A stretch of 64,000 nt of DNA, taken from assembly GCA_963667175.2 (NCBI GenBank), contig CAXXXF010000015.1, positions 96,001 through 160,000 of the forward strand. The letters are read 5' to 3'. The notes beneath the pieces are model-generated. The model did no database searches and was not told where the DNA came from. It saw only the letters and a list, made by a program, of their open reading frames with translations. A program made the position numbers and the translations under genes. This document shows, one piece after another, positions 1 through 10,312 of the stretch (positions are counted from its first letter, which is position 1; each line of letters starts with the position of its first letter). This stretch comes from Candidatus Latescibacterota bacterium. GTDB taxonomy: Bacteria > Latescibacterota > UBA2968 > GCA-2709665.

Positions 1-1304
1 CGGGCGTTCTGCAGGTTCAGCTTCGCATCGATGACGTCCAGATTCGATGCCCGCCCCAGCGTCTTTTCCCGGGAGACGATCCGATAGTTGTTTTCATTGA
101 ACGCAAGGCTGGTCGAAATCAGTTCGCGCTGATTCTTCAGATTGACGATCCGGTTGACCGTCTCGCCTAGCGACTGCCGGGTTTCGTCCACCAGGTCGGA
201 GAAGCGCGAGTCCTGCGCCAGATAGCTGAACTGCGCCGATTTCAGGCGCGAGAGGTTTCGGAATCCGGTAAACAGGGGAACCGACAGATTGACCATGACC
301 GTAGAGGGTCTGTAGTCGTCCAGCGCCGGCGTATCGTTTCTGCGCCAGGCCGTCGAGTAGCTGAGAGAGACGTCGGGCAGGTAGCTCGAAACCTGCCCCC
401 GGTAGACCAGGCGGCTGCGTTCCCGGTCCCGTTCCGCCGCTGCCAGCACCGCGTTTCCTTCAACCAGGGTCCGGTTCTCTACGCCCGCCAGCCGCCGGAT
501 TTCACCTTCAGACAGATTCGCCAGTCGCGTTGCCTCCGCGTTGAGAGCCTCCGGGACGCCGTCCGCCAGTGCGTCTGCGTCCAGCGTGCGAAGGTTGAGC
601 AGCCTGCGCAGACGAACCGTTGCATCGCGCAAGGAAGACTCGCCCGCGGCCACGCTGCTCTTCTGCTGCTGGTGTTCCACCTGCCATCGCAGCAGGTCCA
701 GCTTCGAGTATCTCCCCGCAAGGTGCATCCTCTCGGCTTTTTTGACGTTCAGGCCGGTCAGGACGAGGAATTCCCGCTGAAGTTCGAGCGTCGCGCGGCG
801 TTTCAGCACTTCCAGGTACCCGGAAGCGACCTGATAGAGGATGCGATCGCGAATGGCCTCTCGGGTCCGTTCGGCCGCGGCCTGTCCGGTGGTCGCGACG
901 GCAACGCCGTTGATCAACTCCGCGTCGAAGATGGGGACGTGCGCGTGAAACGACGAGTAGTACGAGGTCCGGAACGCCACTCGAGGTACGGGGATCTCGG
1001 GCGGAAAGTACCTGGAAAAGTCCCGCTCCGCCAGCGTCTGTTCGTCAATCCGCGTCACCTCCGTGTTGAAGCTCACCCGTGGCGCGAACTGCGACCACGC
1101 GTTCCTGCGGTCCCAGTTCGCCTTTTCCGCGGCAAATCCGGCCGCGGCCAGCTGCCGGTTGTTGGCCAGTGCCTGCCTCAGGCACGCCTCCAGGGTCAAT
1201 TGGGGTTCGTCCGCGGAATTCGCAGTGCAGGGCAGGGCGGACAGACAGAGGAAAACGCCCGCCACGACAAGTGCGGACGGAGGGGGGTTAAAGAAATATC
1301 TCAT
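1..1304 (-). CDS. TolC-family outer membrane efflux protein (runs off left edge)
   Basis: Not in the ORF track. Manual translation from ATG 1304 gives MRYFFNPPPSALVVAGVFLCLSALPCTA (signal peptide-like), then LTLEACLRQALANNRQL; the same frame at the window edge reads LGRASNLDVIDAKLNL, typical of OEP repeats. Confidence 0.85.
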   Translation of the reverse strand, partial: MRYFFNPPPSALVVAGVFLCLSALPCTANSADEPQLTLEACLRQALANNRQLAAAGFAAEKANWDRRNAWSQFAPRVSFNTEVTRIDEQTLAERDFSRYFPPEIPVPRVAFRTSYYSSFHAHVPIFDAELINGVAVATTGQAAAERTREAIRDRILYQVASGYLEVLKRRATLELQREFLVLTGLNVKKAERMHLAGRYSKLDLLRWQVEHQQQKSSVAAGESSLRDATVRLRRLLNLRTLDADALADGVPEALNAEATRLANLSEGEIRRLAGVENRTLVEGNAVLAAAERDRERSRLVYRGQVSSYLPDVSLSYSTAWRRNDTPALDDYRPSTVMVNLSVPLFTGFRNLSRLKSAQFSYLAQDSRFSDLVDETRQSLGETVNRIVNLKNQRELISTSLAFNENNYRIVSREKTLGRASNLDVIDAKLNLQNA

Positions 1305-1382
1305 AGAGGACTCCGTGGGGAAGCGATGACGTCAGCGCACGAGTGAGGAATGATGTACCGGCGCTTGCGCAGCGCCCGCTCC

Positions 1383-2294
1383 TCAAAATAGCGCGTTGTC
1401 TTCATACTGTTTCTCCGGTCGAGCCGCCGTTTCCACGTCGACATACTGCATGGAGAATGGGGAAATCTCTTGAGGGGGCTTCGGAAATACCTGTTTGGAG
1501 GACGATAAGACGGTATACTGATCCCTCATTACACGCAAGATCAGACCGTAAAGATCGCTTTCTCTCTCGGTATAGGTCGTGTAAATCCTGCGCAATAACT
1601 GCCCGAATTCCTGCAGCTTCTCACCCTGTTCAACGCGGTTGAGTCCATAGACAACCTGATAGTGCTTCCCCTTGAGCAATCCATCCAAAACCTGTTTTTT
1701 CGTTGAAAAACGCCGCTTCTGGTCCTTGTCCAGCGACCCCCAGAACGCTCGTATGCATCGCGCCACCAGATGCAACCGGCAACAGAGCACAATGTTCGAG
1801 GCGATTGCCTTGCCGTCCATGCGGACGTGCTGACCCAACACGTGAAAGGCGTTGGCCTGCGTCCCGGTTAAGCTCGAGAGCGTCTCGCCTATCAGTTCGC
1901 GACCGGTCTTCAGGCGAACCTCATACAAAGCATGCTTGAACAGATAATACGTGGACTCAGCAGGCGCCTCATCGGATAGATTCATCATCCCCAATGCGCG
2001 CATCACCAGGATGTTGAATCGACAATGGTCGAACAGTTCCGCATCGTTCCATCCGAAACCCTCCTTCATGAACACCATCGCCACCAGTCGTCGAATCGGC
2101 GCGCCGCGGCCTTCCTCGTTGGCATATCGCAACCTCGAGAACAGATCCTCATCGACCTTTGACGTGACGTGCTCGTAAAACAGATTTTGCCACGACTTCG
2201 GATCATTCAGCTGGTCCTGCTGGCGTGGCTTGAAATGCAACTCGAAGCTGCTGAACAGATCCGGCTGACTTGACGGGGCACTCTTTCCGAACAT
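1383..2294 (-). pseudogene. Truncated transposase (DUF772 / IS5-IS1182-like N-terminal half)
   Basis: GRGAPIRRLVAMVFMKEGFGWNDAELFDHCRFNI...TYYLF and RMDGKAIASNI resemble DUF772-type transposases; the ORF stops before the rest of the DDE domain; no IRs recognised. Confidence 0.7.
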
Positions 2295-2395
2295 CGCTCC
2301 CTCGCTTTCTTGCGATCAATCGTCAATCCGGCTTTGCAACCGCTTCACACCTCGAATTCAGCGCTCAGGGTGCTTGATCCGGTACCGCAATCTGG

Positions 2396-2440
2396 TCCCC
2401 CCTTGAGGGGAGTCGCCGCCTCCGGCGGCGGTGGGGGACT
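2396..2440. repeat. Palindromic repeat (CCCCCCTTGAGGGG...GCGGTGGGGG family)
   Basis: Shares both ends with the repeats at 12321 and 16108. Confidence 0.65.
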
Positions 2441-2484
2441 TCAACGCCGTACCAGATGCTACCCGCGTCTTGTTCCATGCGCCG

Positions 2485-3886
2485 TCAGATATCGTCCTCT
2501 CTCAACTCCGACAGAAGCCGTCGCCCCTTGCTTGTCACCCGGTATTTCTGCTTGCTGCTGGTCGGCTTGTTCGGTATGGTCATCTCCAGCCACCCGGCTT
2601 CCAATAGCGGCTGGAGGTAGTTCACCCGGAACGTCTTCCGGTGTTTCAATCCAAGGATCTCCATAATCTCATTCGCAAAGCGGGGTCGCCTGCAATGCCA
2701 GACAACCTGAGCGGTGACTTGGCGCTGAGTCTTGCCTGACTCTTGCTTTGGCCCGGCGCCGGTTCCCACCTCTGAGGTTGGCCTTTGGAACATTGTCGTT
2801 ACCCACGAATCGGCCACTTCGATCAACGGTTCAGCCACTCCGTGTTCACGGCACAGGTCTCGGATTCTCCGAATGCCTGAACCGATCCTCTCGACCGCCT
2901 CCATGCGGTGCAGCATGCCGAACAACAGCGGGTTGCGCGGTATGCTCTTGATACCGAGATCCGCTTCCGTCATGCCGGCGGGCAACCCGCCAGGGCTTGA
3001 CGATTTCGAGCCGGTCATTGAACAGGTAAATCTGAACGTTGGCCGTCGAACGGTAGTCTCGGTGGGCCAATGCGTTGACGACCGCCTCGCGAATGGCTTC
3101 TTCGGGCAGTTCCGGCCGTTCTTCCCGCTTTACGTGCTTAATGATGTACTCGACGTTGATCTTGGAGAGAATCCAGGCCATCACCTCTTCAATCATCGTA
3201 TAGACGTCACCGTGGAAGTCGCGCCTTTCGAGAATGCGCACCTTGTCAGTTCCCATGAAGAGCGCACATGCGACGTCCGCGCTGATATTGAACTTCCGGA
3301 TGTCCCTGGCCAGCAACCAGGCCCCGGCGTGCGTCATCCGGCCGTCTTCACCCATCAGGTGCAGGTTGCGAAGCGCGATCTCCGGATCCATATCCTCGGG
3401 AATTTTCGCGCGGCGCTGAAACACGGACCAGTTCTCTTCATCAAGGTCTTTCTCCAATGAAAACCTGTCGCACGCGGTTTCGTCGAAATGGATCAGCCCT
3501 TCCTTGTAGAAGAATTCCCGAATCTCCTCACGCGACGTCTGCTGACTGCTCGCCCCTTCTCGGATGTAGAACTTTCCTCCGAAAGCGTAGGGCTTGCCGT
3601 GCTGCGCGGGCACGGTCACGCAGAGGACGCCATCCACGCTTTCGGTCTCCACCGCGATGGGCGGCTCCGCGCTGCGGGCAATCGCCTGGACCCGGGATTT
3701 CAAGCGGTTGTGGTCAGCAACGCCGCAGACCACCCCATCGTCGGCCACGCCAATCAGGATCACGCCGCCGGTGGCATTGGCAAAGGCGCATATCTCACGC
3801 CCAAGCCCGGAAGTGCCCGAGCGTTTGAACTCGATGGTATAGCTCTCGCCAAGGGCGGCGAGGTTTGAGAGGTTCGTTTTGTTCAT
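2485..3886 (-). pseudogene. AlbA_2 (Schlafen) / HATPase_c_4 / wHTH RecG-C-like protein, frameshifted
   Basis: GESYTIEFK...ICAFANATGGVILIGV (AlbA_2), REAVVNALAHRDY and ERIGSGI motifs. One extra base near 2998 splits IV-SPGGLP across two frames; could also be a sequencing error. Confidence 0.85.
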
Positions 3887-3999
3887 TATCGTGTCTGAGC
3901 GTGCCTTTTCCGTGTCGCCGTGAGCCATGCAATTGGATAACTCTGGCAATTCAGCCGCGAATCCAGTCTCGTCGTACCCCTGTATTGCACTCCGACCCT

Positions 4000-4236
4000 T
4001 CAGGCGAGGGCGGTATACTCATAAACCGCGGTCTCGATCGTGCGAACGGGTCGGCATTGTTCCCACACCACTTGCTGTAACCGCTCGACGGTCTCCGGTG
4101 AGAAGTGCTTCTCGCCCGTCTCGACGTTGACTCGCGCCGGGACGTTTTCAATGAGGAAGAGTCGCCCGTTCAGTTCAATGTGGTAGGTCACCTTTTTTAC
4201 TACCAGCGTTTCATTCCATGCGCTGTCTTCAGACAT
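4000..4236 (-). CDS. YgiT-type / MqsA-like small protein (antitoxin-like, orphan)
   Basis: MSEDSAWNETLVVKKVTY...IENVPARVNVETGEKHFSPETVERLQQ matches the YgiT family; no DUF4258 partner upstream. Confidence 0.75.
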   Translation of the reverse strand: MSEDSAWNETLVVKKVTYHIELNGRLFLIENVPARVNVETGEKHFSPETVERLQQVVWEQCRPVRTIETAVYEYTALA

Positions 4237-4356
4237 CGTGCAGTCTCCCAACTTCGGCGGCCGCTTCTCGGCAGCCTGAATTGAGCCTTGCTGCCGTGGA
4301 CCGGCGCTTACCGGACAACGGGTGGCAACGTGCGAATGAATAAGAAACGGCGATCT

Positions 4357-4454
4357 TCCATTTGTCGGTTTCAATGGCGTCCGATTGTCGGTCAATAGAG
4401 CGTCCGATTGTCGGTTAATCGATCGTCCATTTGTCGAATGAACGAAATCACACA
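4357..4454. repeat. Four direct repeats TCC(G/A)(A/T)TTGTCG with exact 23-bp period
   Basis: Copies start at 4357, 4380, 4403 and 4426; followed by ...CACA (TGTG on the minus strand) at about 4454. Confidence 0.75.
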
Positions 4455-4691
4455 ATTTACAGAATTGTAACGCCGCAATCAAGTCGCGAGTCGAATAGCT
4501 GGCGCGAACCGGCTGGGCCAGCCAAGTCTCATTCGGATATTGGATATGGGGATAATTGCAACAGGTGGGCTTGTCACGGAAGATCCGCTCATATCCATAC
4601 GCACCGTCGGGTTCGAGCTCATCGACCGAGCCGGACACCTCGTGCGACCAGGGTGTCGGATGGATGGACAACGGTGAAAGGAATCAGCGGT

Positions 4692-5834
4692 TTACCGGTT
4701 ACCGATCTCGCCCGCCAGGGTCGTGACCGCTTCGACCAGCGTATCCAGCTCCGAATCGGTGGTGTAGAACGCCACCGAAATCCGCACACCGGAAGGCTTG
4801 TTGACGTTGGTCGCCCGTTGGGCGATTTGCCAGCGGTTCCGGAGTGCGTCAGAGACTTCGTTCCCGTCCATGCCCTCGACGGCGAACGCGACGACGCCGG
4901 TTTGGGTTTCGGCGCGGCGTGAGCCGATGATCCGCACGCCGGGAATGGCGTCGAAGCGTTCGCGCAGCGATTCCGCCTTTGGTCCCGCCTCCGCGGCGAT
5001 GGCCTGCGGCCCGCCGATGCCTGCCAGAAAATCGAGACCCGCGCCGAGACCCAGGTAGAGCGCGCGCGCCGGCGATCCCGTCTCGTACTGCCGGGCCGTG
5101 CCATCGGGAACGTGCGGCCGCCGCAACGGCTTCAAAACCTGCTGCGCGCGTTTCGTGACATAGAGAAATCCGGTACCCATCGGCGAGAGCATCCACTTGT
5201 AGCAATTCGTGGCGTAGAAGTCGCAGCCCAGTTCATGCAGGTCCACCGGAAACTGCCCGATGGCCTGGCAGCCATCCCAGAGCGTGAGAATGCCGCGGGT
5301 CCGTGCCAACTCGCAAATCTCGCGGGCGGGCAACCGGATCCCCCAATCCGTCGTGACATGGCTGAAACAGATCAGCCGGGTACGCGGGGTGATCGTTTGC
5401 TCCAGTCGGCCCAGAAAGAGATCCTTATCCTGGTCGATCTCGACCACCTTGACGATCGCCCCTTCCCGGTCCGCCAGACCCTGCGCGGCCTCAAGGGGTA
5501 CCGGATGTTCCTCATTGGTTATGAGGACTTCGTCTCCCGGTTGCCACCGCAGCCCGTTGAGCACCATACCGTACCCTTCGCCGGTGCTCATCGTCAGCGC
5601 GATTTCCCCTGCATCGGCGCCGAAGAAGCCGGCGATTCTGGCCGGCAATTCGTCCGCGGCCTCGGTCATTGCGTCGTACCAGTCGCTCGTACTGACACTG
5701 CCGTTGCGCAACTGCTGATAGCCCTCGGCGACCGCCTCGTTCACGCTGACCGGCGACAGACCGATTCCGGCGGTGTTCAGGTAAACGCCGTGTTTCAGGC
5801 CCGGCAGCTGGCCGCGAATCCCCTCGATATCCAT
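4692..5834 (-). CDS. Class V aminotransferase / cysteine desulfurase-like PLP enzyme
   Basis: VYLNTAG, LITNEEH, FSHVT, WDGCQAIG, PLP-lysine region DFYATNCYKWMLSPMGTG, and RISVAFYT. Confidence 0.9.
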   Translation of the reverse strand: MDIEGIRGQLPGLKHGVYLNTAGIGLSPVSVNEAVAEGYQQLRNGSVSTSDWYDAMTEAADELPARIAGFFGADAGEIALTMSTGEGYGMVLNGLRWQPGDEVLITNEEHPVPLEAAQGLADREGAIVKVVEIDQDKDLFLGRLEQTITPRTRLICFSHVTTDWGIRLPAREICELARTRGILTLWDGCQAIGQFPVDLHELGCDFYATNCYKWMLSPMGTGFLYVTKRAQQVLKPLRRPHVPDGTARQYETGSPARALYLGLGAGLDFLAGIGGPQAIAAEAGPKAESLRERFDAIPGVRIIGSRRAETQTGVVAFAVEGMDGNEVSDALRNRWQIAQRATNVNKPSGVRISVAFYTTDSELDTLVEAVTTLAGEIGNR

Positions 5835-6125
5835 GGGCTTTCCTTTCTTCCTGGATTACAGATGAGCGCTTGGAGAAGTCACTGAGGTGGGGAAATAGGG
5901 AGCGAGGGGAGAAGGAATAACAAAGCCTGCCGAACTGTTGTTCTGGCAGGCTGTTGATAACGTTATGAACGCTGCGGACCGTTGCTGTTAGAGTTTTCCG
6001 GAGTTTTGTAAGTTTTTTTCCCTGCTTTCATTCACTCTTTGAACAAGCTCCTTTGCGCTGGGAGGTGGGTCTTCTTTAAGTGCAGCGGAACGTGTCAATA
6101 GAAATGAGACACCTCCCGTTGGAAT

Positions 6126-7139
6126 TTAGTGAAGCAACTGATGGCATTCGATGGTGTTCTGTGGTTGGTTAATCCAGACTTGGTCTGGAACGCGTGGTGG
6201 ACGAGGATGCCCCTTAACAAATCGTTCAGGGTGGTTGTGATAGGCCTGGTCCAGCACCGATTGTCTGGCGGCTTGAAACTGCTGTGTCAGCCCGTGGTGG
6301 ACGGTATCGGGCGTGAGTAAGCCCAGTCCGCTGTGCCGGTGTTGTGTGTTGTACCAGGGAAAGAAGGCCTGTAAATAGGTGCGTGCTTCTTGCGGGTTGG
6401 TGAAGCGCCCGGGGTATGAAGGCGCGTATTTGAGCGTCTTGAACTGGCTTTCGGAATACGGGTTGTCATCGGACACACGGGGTCGAGAGTAGCTGGCCAG
6501 GATGTCGAGGTCCATCAGCAACTGCGAAAAGGTCTTGGCCGTCATGGGTGCGCCGCGGTCCTGGTGCAGCGTCAGTTGTCCGGGTTGAATGCCCTGTTTC
6601 TGGCATGCGTTGGCAATCAGGCGCTTGGCGTATGTGGCGCTCTCCCTTGTGGCGACCGTCCAGGCCACGACATAGCGTGAGAACAGATCCAGTACAACGT
6701 AGAGGGGATAGGTCACCCACTTGCGTGGTCCTGGCAGCCGCGTGATATCCCACGTCCAGACCTGGTTGGGCGCATCCGCCATCAAGCGGGGCGGTTCCAG
6801 ACGTGGATGACGGAGCTGGTGTCTCCGCTGGCGCACTTCCCCTGCGTCGTGAAGCAGACGGTACATGGTCCGGATCGAGCAGACATACCGCCCTTCCTCC
6901 AGCAACGCGGCGTAGACTGCCGGTGGCGCCTGGTCTGCGAAGCGGTCGTCGTGCAGGATGTCCAGCACGGCGGCGCGCTCGTTTTGGGAAAGCGCACGTG
7001 GCGACGAGGACCGCGCGCCACGAGGCGTGCGTGGGGCTGGCTGACGCGCACGGTAGACCGAAGCCCGCGCCACACCCAGGGCCCGGCACGCGGAAGCCAA
7101 GCCCACCTTCGGGGCCAGTTGTTCTGCCGCACGGATCAT
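6126..7139 (-). CDS. IS3-family transposase OrfB (DDE)
   Basis: PNQVWTWDIT, DLFSRYVVAW, LHQDRG, DNPYSESQFKTLK, YNTQHRHSGL. Confidence 0.95.
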   Translation of the reverse strand: MIRAAEQLAPKVGLASACRALGVARASVYRARQPAPRTPRGARSSSPRALSQNERAAVLDILHDDRFADQAPPAVYAALLEEGRYVCSIRTMYRLLHDAGEVRQRRHQLRHPRLEPPRLMADAPNQVWTWDITRLPGPRKWVTYPLYVVLDLFSRYVVAWTVATRESATYAKRLIANACQKQGIQPGQLTLHQDRGAPMTAKTFSQLLMDLDILASYSRPRVSDDNPYSESQFKTLKYAPSYPGRFTNPQEARTYLQAFFPWYNTQHRHSGLGLLTPDTVHHGLTQQFQAARQSVLDQAYHNHPERFVKGHPRPPRVPDQVWINQPQNTIECHQLLH

Positions 7140-7603
7140 ACGTCGTCGTCGCCTGCTGGCCGGTTCAGGGGGACACCCAGGATCTCGGAGGCTTTTTTTT
7201 GGATCTCGAGGATCGTGTTCGCCTGTTCCAATCGTCGACGCAAACGGGCGTTCTCCTTGCGCAGGTGCTGGTTCTCGACGGCCACCTCGTCGCGGCGATG
7301 TCCCTTGGGTCCCCGCAGCTTCGACAGCGCCTTGAGCGACCCCTCACGACGCGCACGACGCCACTGCGTCAACTGCGAGGAATACAACCCCTCCCGGCGC
7401 AGCAGCGCGCCCACTTCGCCAGGGGCACGGCACGCATCCGCCGCTTCCAGGATGCGAAGCTTGTACTTTGCCGTGAACCGGCGACGCTTCGCACGCGCCG
7501 GCACCTCCGGATCCGGCCTCGTGGTTGTGGAGGTCCCGCGCGGGACCTCCACAACCAGAGACCCCTTGCTGCCGTTGCCTACAACATCGGTTCTTGACCT
7601 CAT
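7136..7603 (-). CDS. IS3-family OrfA (HTH)
   Basis: RRRFTAKYKLRIL...LLRREGLYSSQLTQWR and a C-terminal coiled coil; AGGAGAG lies upstream of ATG 7603. Confidence 0.9.
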   Translation of the reverse strand: MRSRTDVVGNGSKGSLVVEVPRGTSTTTRPDPEVPARAKRRRFTAKYKLRILEAADACRAPGEVGALLRREGLYSSQLTQWRRARREGSLKALSKLRGPKGHRRDEVAVENQHLRKENARLRRRLEQANTILEIQKKASEILGVPLNRPAGDDDV

Positions 7604-8025
7604 CTCTTGTTCTCCTCTCCGCCCATGATACGACATTAATCTCGAAGGGGGAGTTGTCTCACTCTATATTGGCACGTAGGGCAGCATCGAGTATTTGACT
7701 AATCTCCCGGTCCCTTTCTTCCCGTCCTATTTGTTTCATCGCTCGTCCATAGAACATGTCCTTGAACTCCAAAAGGAAAAAGGTAACGGTGATAGAGAAG
7801 ACGCCGATGGCAGTAATGTCTTGAGCGGTTTTAACGGAAAGAATCGATGTTTCTCGGGTGGCGATATAGCAGATTGTGCTGAGGTAAAAGATTGGAATGG
7901 CGACAGCAACGAACAACTCTCTATCTCGTGCCGAAGGTATGAGGTCCATTAAATTCCGTAGTTGTCTTTTGCATATCTTTTCCGTAAAGACTACGCAACA
8001 GAATTTATCTTGTCAAGTGAAAACG

Positions 8026-8337
8026 TTAAAATTGGGATGAAGATAGACGGGGGTACTTGAAACGTCTCGCGCCAGGGCTATTGTCTTCAAATAGAGCAAG
8101 CTGGCTGTGGAGCGCACGCATCTGCTCGAGCCTTTGCCGACTCCATTCGCGATCATCGTCCTCCCATATGAAATCAATGACTATTGCCGGCTTGAATACA
8201 GCAAGCAAGACCGCGTTGTTTTTTGCGCCAGCGATGAGCTCGCCGAGTCTATCGTAAACCGTCGCGTTTTGCAACAACGAAAGCGTCGAGTAGGTTTTTG
8301 CGGTAACCAGGAAGCGTTGTTTGCTCGTATCGGTCAA
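8026..8337 (-). pseudogene. Internally deleted partner gene of the DUF488 cassette
   Basis: Start overlaps the DUF488 stop. The N-terminus (TDTSKQRFLVTAKTYSTLS) is joined directly to a mid-protein segment (VYDRLGELIAGAK...LAVFKP...WEDDDREW) and then truncated. Confidence 0.6.
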
Positions 8338-9290
8338 AGGTGTTTTACGCCACCGTGGGGGAAGAAGGGGCGAGCGTCTCCATCTGAAGGGTGGTTCTGA
8401 TCGGTGAACTTTTCGAGCGCATTGGCGACGCAATGACGATGGCACTGTTCGGCTTCGAGTTCGAAACAGGTGAGTGCTACGGACTCGCCGGACTGCAACC
8501 AGTCGCGGATTCTTCCCAGGGCATCGCCTGGATTCGGCAGGATCGTCTGCCTATAGGTCTCGAAAAGGTCCTTGAAATCCGCTTCCGTCTTGAGACCTCG
8601 GCGTCGACGGGACTCAATCCCAAGCTCCGGAAGATGTTGGTAACGAATTCCAACACCTGAACAGGCCCGTTCAAGTGTGGTCTTGGAAAACCCATACTTA
8701 CGGCTGATCGCGTTCCGTCTCACGTCGCACAATAGGGTCACGCCTCCACGGATAAGCAGATTGAGATAAGATTCCAGCGTTCGTCCCTCGTAACCGATCG
8801 TGAATAGCCGCGACGGTGTTGTTTCGGGACGCGTGGATTCGATCCGATCAAGTGTCCGCCGATCGTCGTGCAATATCTGCTCTGCGATTTTACTGCGTAT
8901 CGCATAATACGGATACCGCCGGTAGGTATCCGCAATGAGCGCATCCCCTCGTACGCTTCGATATTGATGCGCGAACGAAGGAATCGAAATGTCTTCTAAA
9001 TCTCGCGCGATATTGCGCCCGTCTTTAGTCAGGACCCATTTCTGGTCGTCATCCGCGAGCAGTCCCCAATCCACCAGGCGGCAGCGGTCCGCATAGCTGG
9101 TGAACGAGAATGCGCCATAATGGTAGGGGACAAATTCGTAGCGTCCTTGAGGTGTCTCAGTTGCCCGGTGTGACGAAAGCCCTTTACAGTAGAGAAATAG
9201 AAGCTTCTGAAAGTCCGTATTGCTCGCGCCCCCACCAATCGCGCCAAGCAACCCAAGCAGCAGGCGCTGGCGGCTGTACAGACGCGGCAT
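8334..9290 (-). CDS. DUF488 domain protein with N-terminal helical (SocA-like) domain, copy 1
   Basis: LFTIGYEGR, LCDVRRNAISRKYGFSK, YQHLPELG, ALTCFELEAEQCHR (DUF488); N-terminal FQKLLFL...FVPYHYGAFS. Confidence 0.85.
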   Translation of the reverse strand: MPRLYSRQRLLLGLLGAIGGGASNTDFQKLLFLYCKGLSSHRATETPQGRYEFVPYHYGAFSFTSYADRCRLVDWGLLADDDQKWVLTKDGRNIARDLEDISIPSFAHQYRSVRGDALIADTYRRYPYYAIRSKIAEQILHDDRRTLDRIESTRPETTPSRLFTIGYEGRTLESYLNLLIRGGVTLLCDVRRNAISRKYGFSKTTLERACSGVGIRYQHLPELGIESRRRRGLKTEADFKDLFETYRQTILPNPGDALGRIRDWLQSGESVALTCFELEAEQCHRHCVANALEKFTDQNHPSDGDARPFFPHGGVKHL

Positions 9291-9404
9291 TGTTCCTTCT
9301 TTCAATTGTTGAACTGGCACACGCGCCATCGCAATGGGTCCTGATCTGCCCAGTGAAATAGAGACGAAATTGGATACCCGGTGCGACGTGGAAAGTGGAT
9401 GTTG

Positions 9405-9444
9405 CTATAGACTGCGCACATTTCCCAAGCCGTGCTGCTCCAGG
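9405..9444 (-). repeat. Copy of the 3' tail of the Type III mod gene
   Basis: Encodes LEQHGLGNVRSL*, the same C-terminus as the Mod ending at 33581. Confidence 0.9.
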
Positions 9445-9467
9445 GTAACCGTTTTCGGCAGGATGGA

Positions 9468-9710
9468 ACGACGCACGGTCTTTGTTGTAGGAACGGTTCG
9501 CGAACCGCCATTGCTCGAGCCGATCTCTGAGCATGCCTGCATTGAGCTCGGTCCCTGAGCTTGTCCGAAGGGGCGAAATGTCGAAGGGCCGGCGACGGCC
9601 GATGCGGTGGGGGGCTAAGCGCTTTACGGCATTCAAGCCAACTCGCGGATGCTTGTAATTTCGCAAGTGGAATTGAAAGAGACCCCGATATGTTCACGTT
9701 TCGGAGTCTC
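9468..9710. repeat. Composite palindromic repeat R1 (GTAG-REP + CTGAGCTTGTCGAAGG-type + GCGGTGGGGGG + shared tail)
   Basis: 9468-9520 matches 14341 and 15889; 9550-9710 matches 12440-12587. Confidence 0.8.
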
Positions 9711-9793
9711 GTTTTGGACAACAGTGTCCGGAAGTTTACGAAAGTTGGGTCAATCGCCTCAAGCTGGAATTCGAGATTCGGATCAGATTTGTC

Positions 9794-10309
9794 TTATTTC
9801 CCCTCGTCTAGCGACTTTTGTACCTCGGCCTGGATATTCCCTTTGAGGTCACCAAGTTTAACTCGTTCTTGTTTCACTGCCTTCACCAACATCGCTTTAA
9901 CCCGCGACTTCCTTAGCCGAAAGAACCTCTCCTCCTCAATTGCAGATACGACGCGGCGAGCAACTCTTCCAAGGCGAACGTAGTCAAGTCGGCACACATC
10001 AACGTGCAGGTTAACCAATTCATGCACAGGTGTTCGACCCTTAGTATTGCTCAAAGTTTGGCCGTCTGCAAGTAGCTCATCATCGTCCAACCAAACAACA
10101 TCGAGCTTATCGACGTGATCGCGTCCCGCTGCCATCGCAAGGACTGCCTCTTCGACATCGTCTGTGTTTCCCACGCCGCATTGCCAGAAGGACAACGAGT
10201 TGTTCTGTGTCCTAAGGTCACTTGTCAACGCATCGGCCGAAATCTCTCCCTCTGAAAGTCCCGCCTTGGGTTCCCACTTGGAGAGGGTGACTTTGCGCGC
10301 CAGGAACAT
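9794..10309 (-). CDS. Hypothetical protein, possible ADP-ribosyltransferase-like toxin
   Basis: 171-aa ORF starting 3 nt after the upstream stop; early Arg (FLARK), DLRTQNNSLSFW and a late HVDV. The ART fold is an inference. Confidence 0.6.
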   Translation of the reverse strand: MFLARKVTLSKWEPKAGLSEGEISADALTSDLRTQNNSLSFWQCGVGNTDDVEEAVLAMAAGRDHVDKLDVVWLDDDELLADGQTLSNTKGRTPVHELVNLHVDVCRLDYVRLGRVARRVVSAIEEERFFRLRKSRVKAMLVKAVKQERVKLGDLKGNIQAEVQKSLDEGK

Positions 10310-10312
10310 CGA

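Larger units (their letters stand above)
6086..7681 (-). mobile_element. Complete IS3-family insertion sequence
   Basis: Imperfect IRs TGTCAATAGAAATGAGACA (6093) and TGTCTCACTCTATATTGGCA (7655-7674); outer CGTAGGG is conserved in three copies; CAG duplication on both flanks; orfA and orfB overlap at ATGA. Confidence 0.9.
5988..7949 (-). pseudogene. Small membrane protein interrupted by IS3 (5' part 7682-7949, 3' part 5988-6085)
   Basis: Removing 6086-7681 plus one CAG restores the frame ...EISQILDAALKEDPPPSAKELVQRVNESREKNLQNSGKL*. Confidence 0.75.

Noticed and set aside
672-1346. 224-aa plus-strand ORF
   Set aside because: Antisense to the TolC-family gene.
4357-4438. CRISPR array
   Set aside because: Repeats are ~13 bp with ~10-bp spacers, far too short; no cas genes.
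4237-4671. 223-aa ORF extending the YgiT gene
   Set aside because: The N-terminal extension runs through the 23-bp repeat array; only the last 78 aa look like protein.
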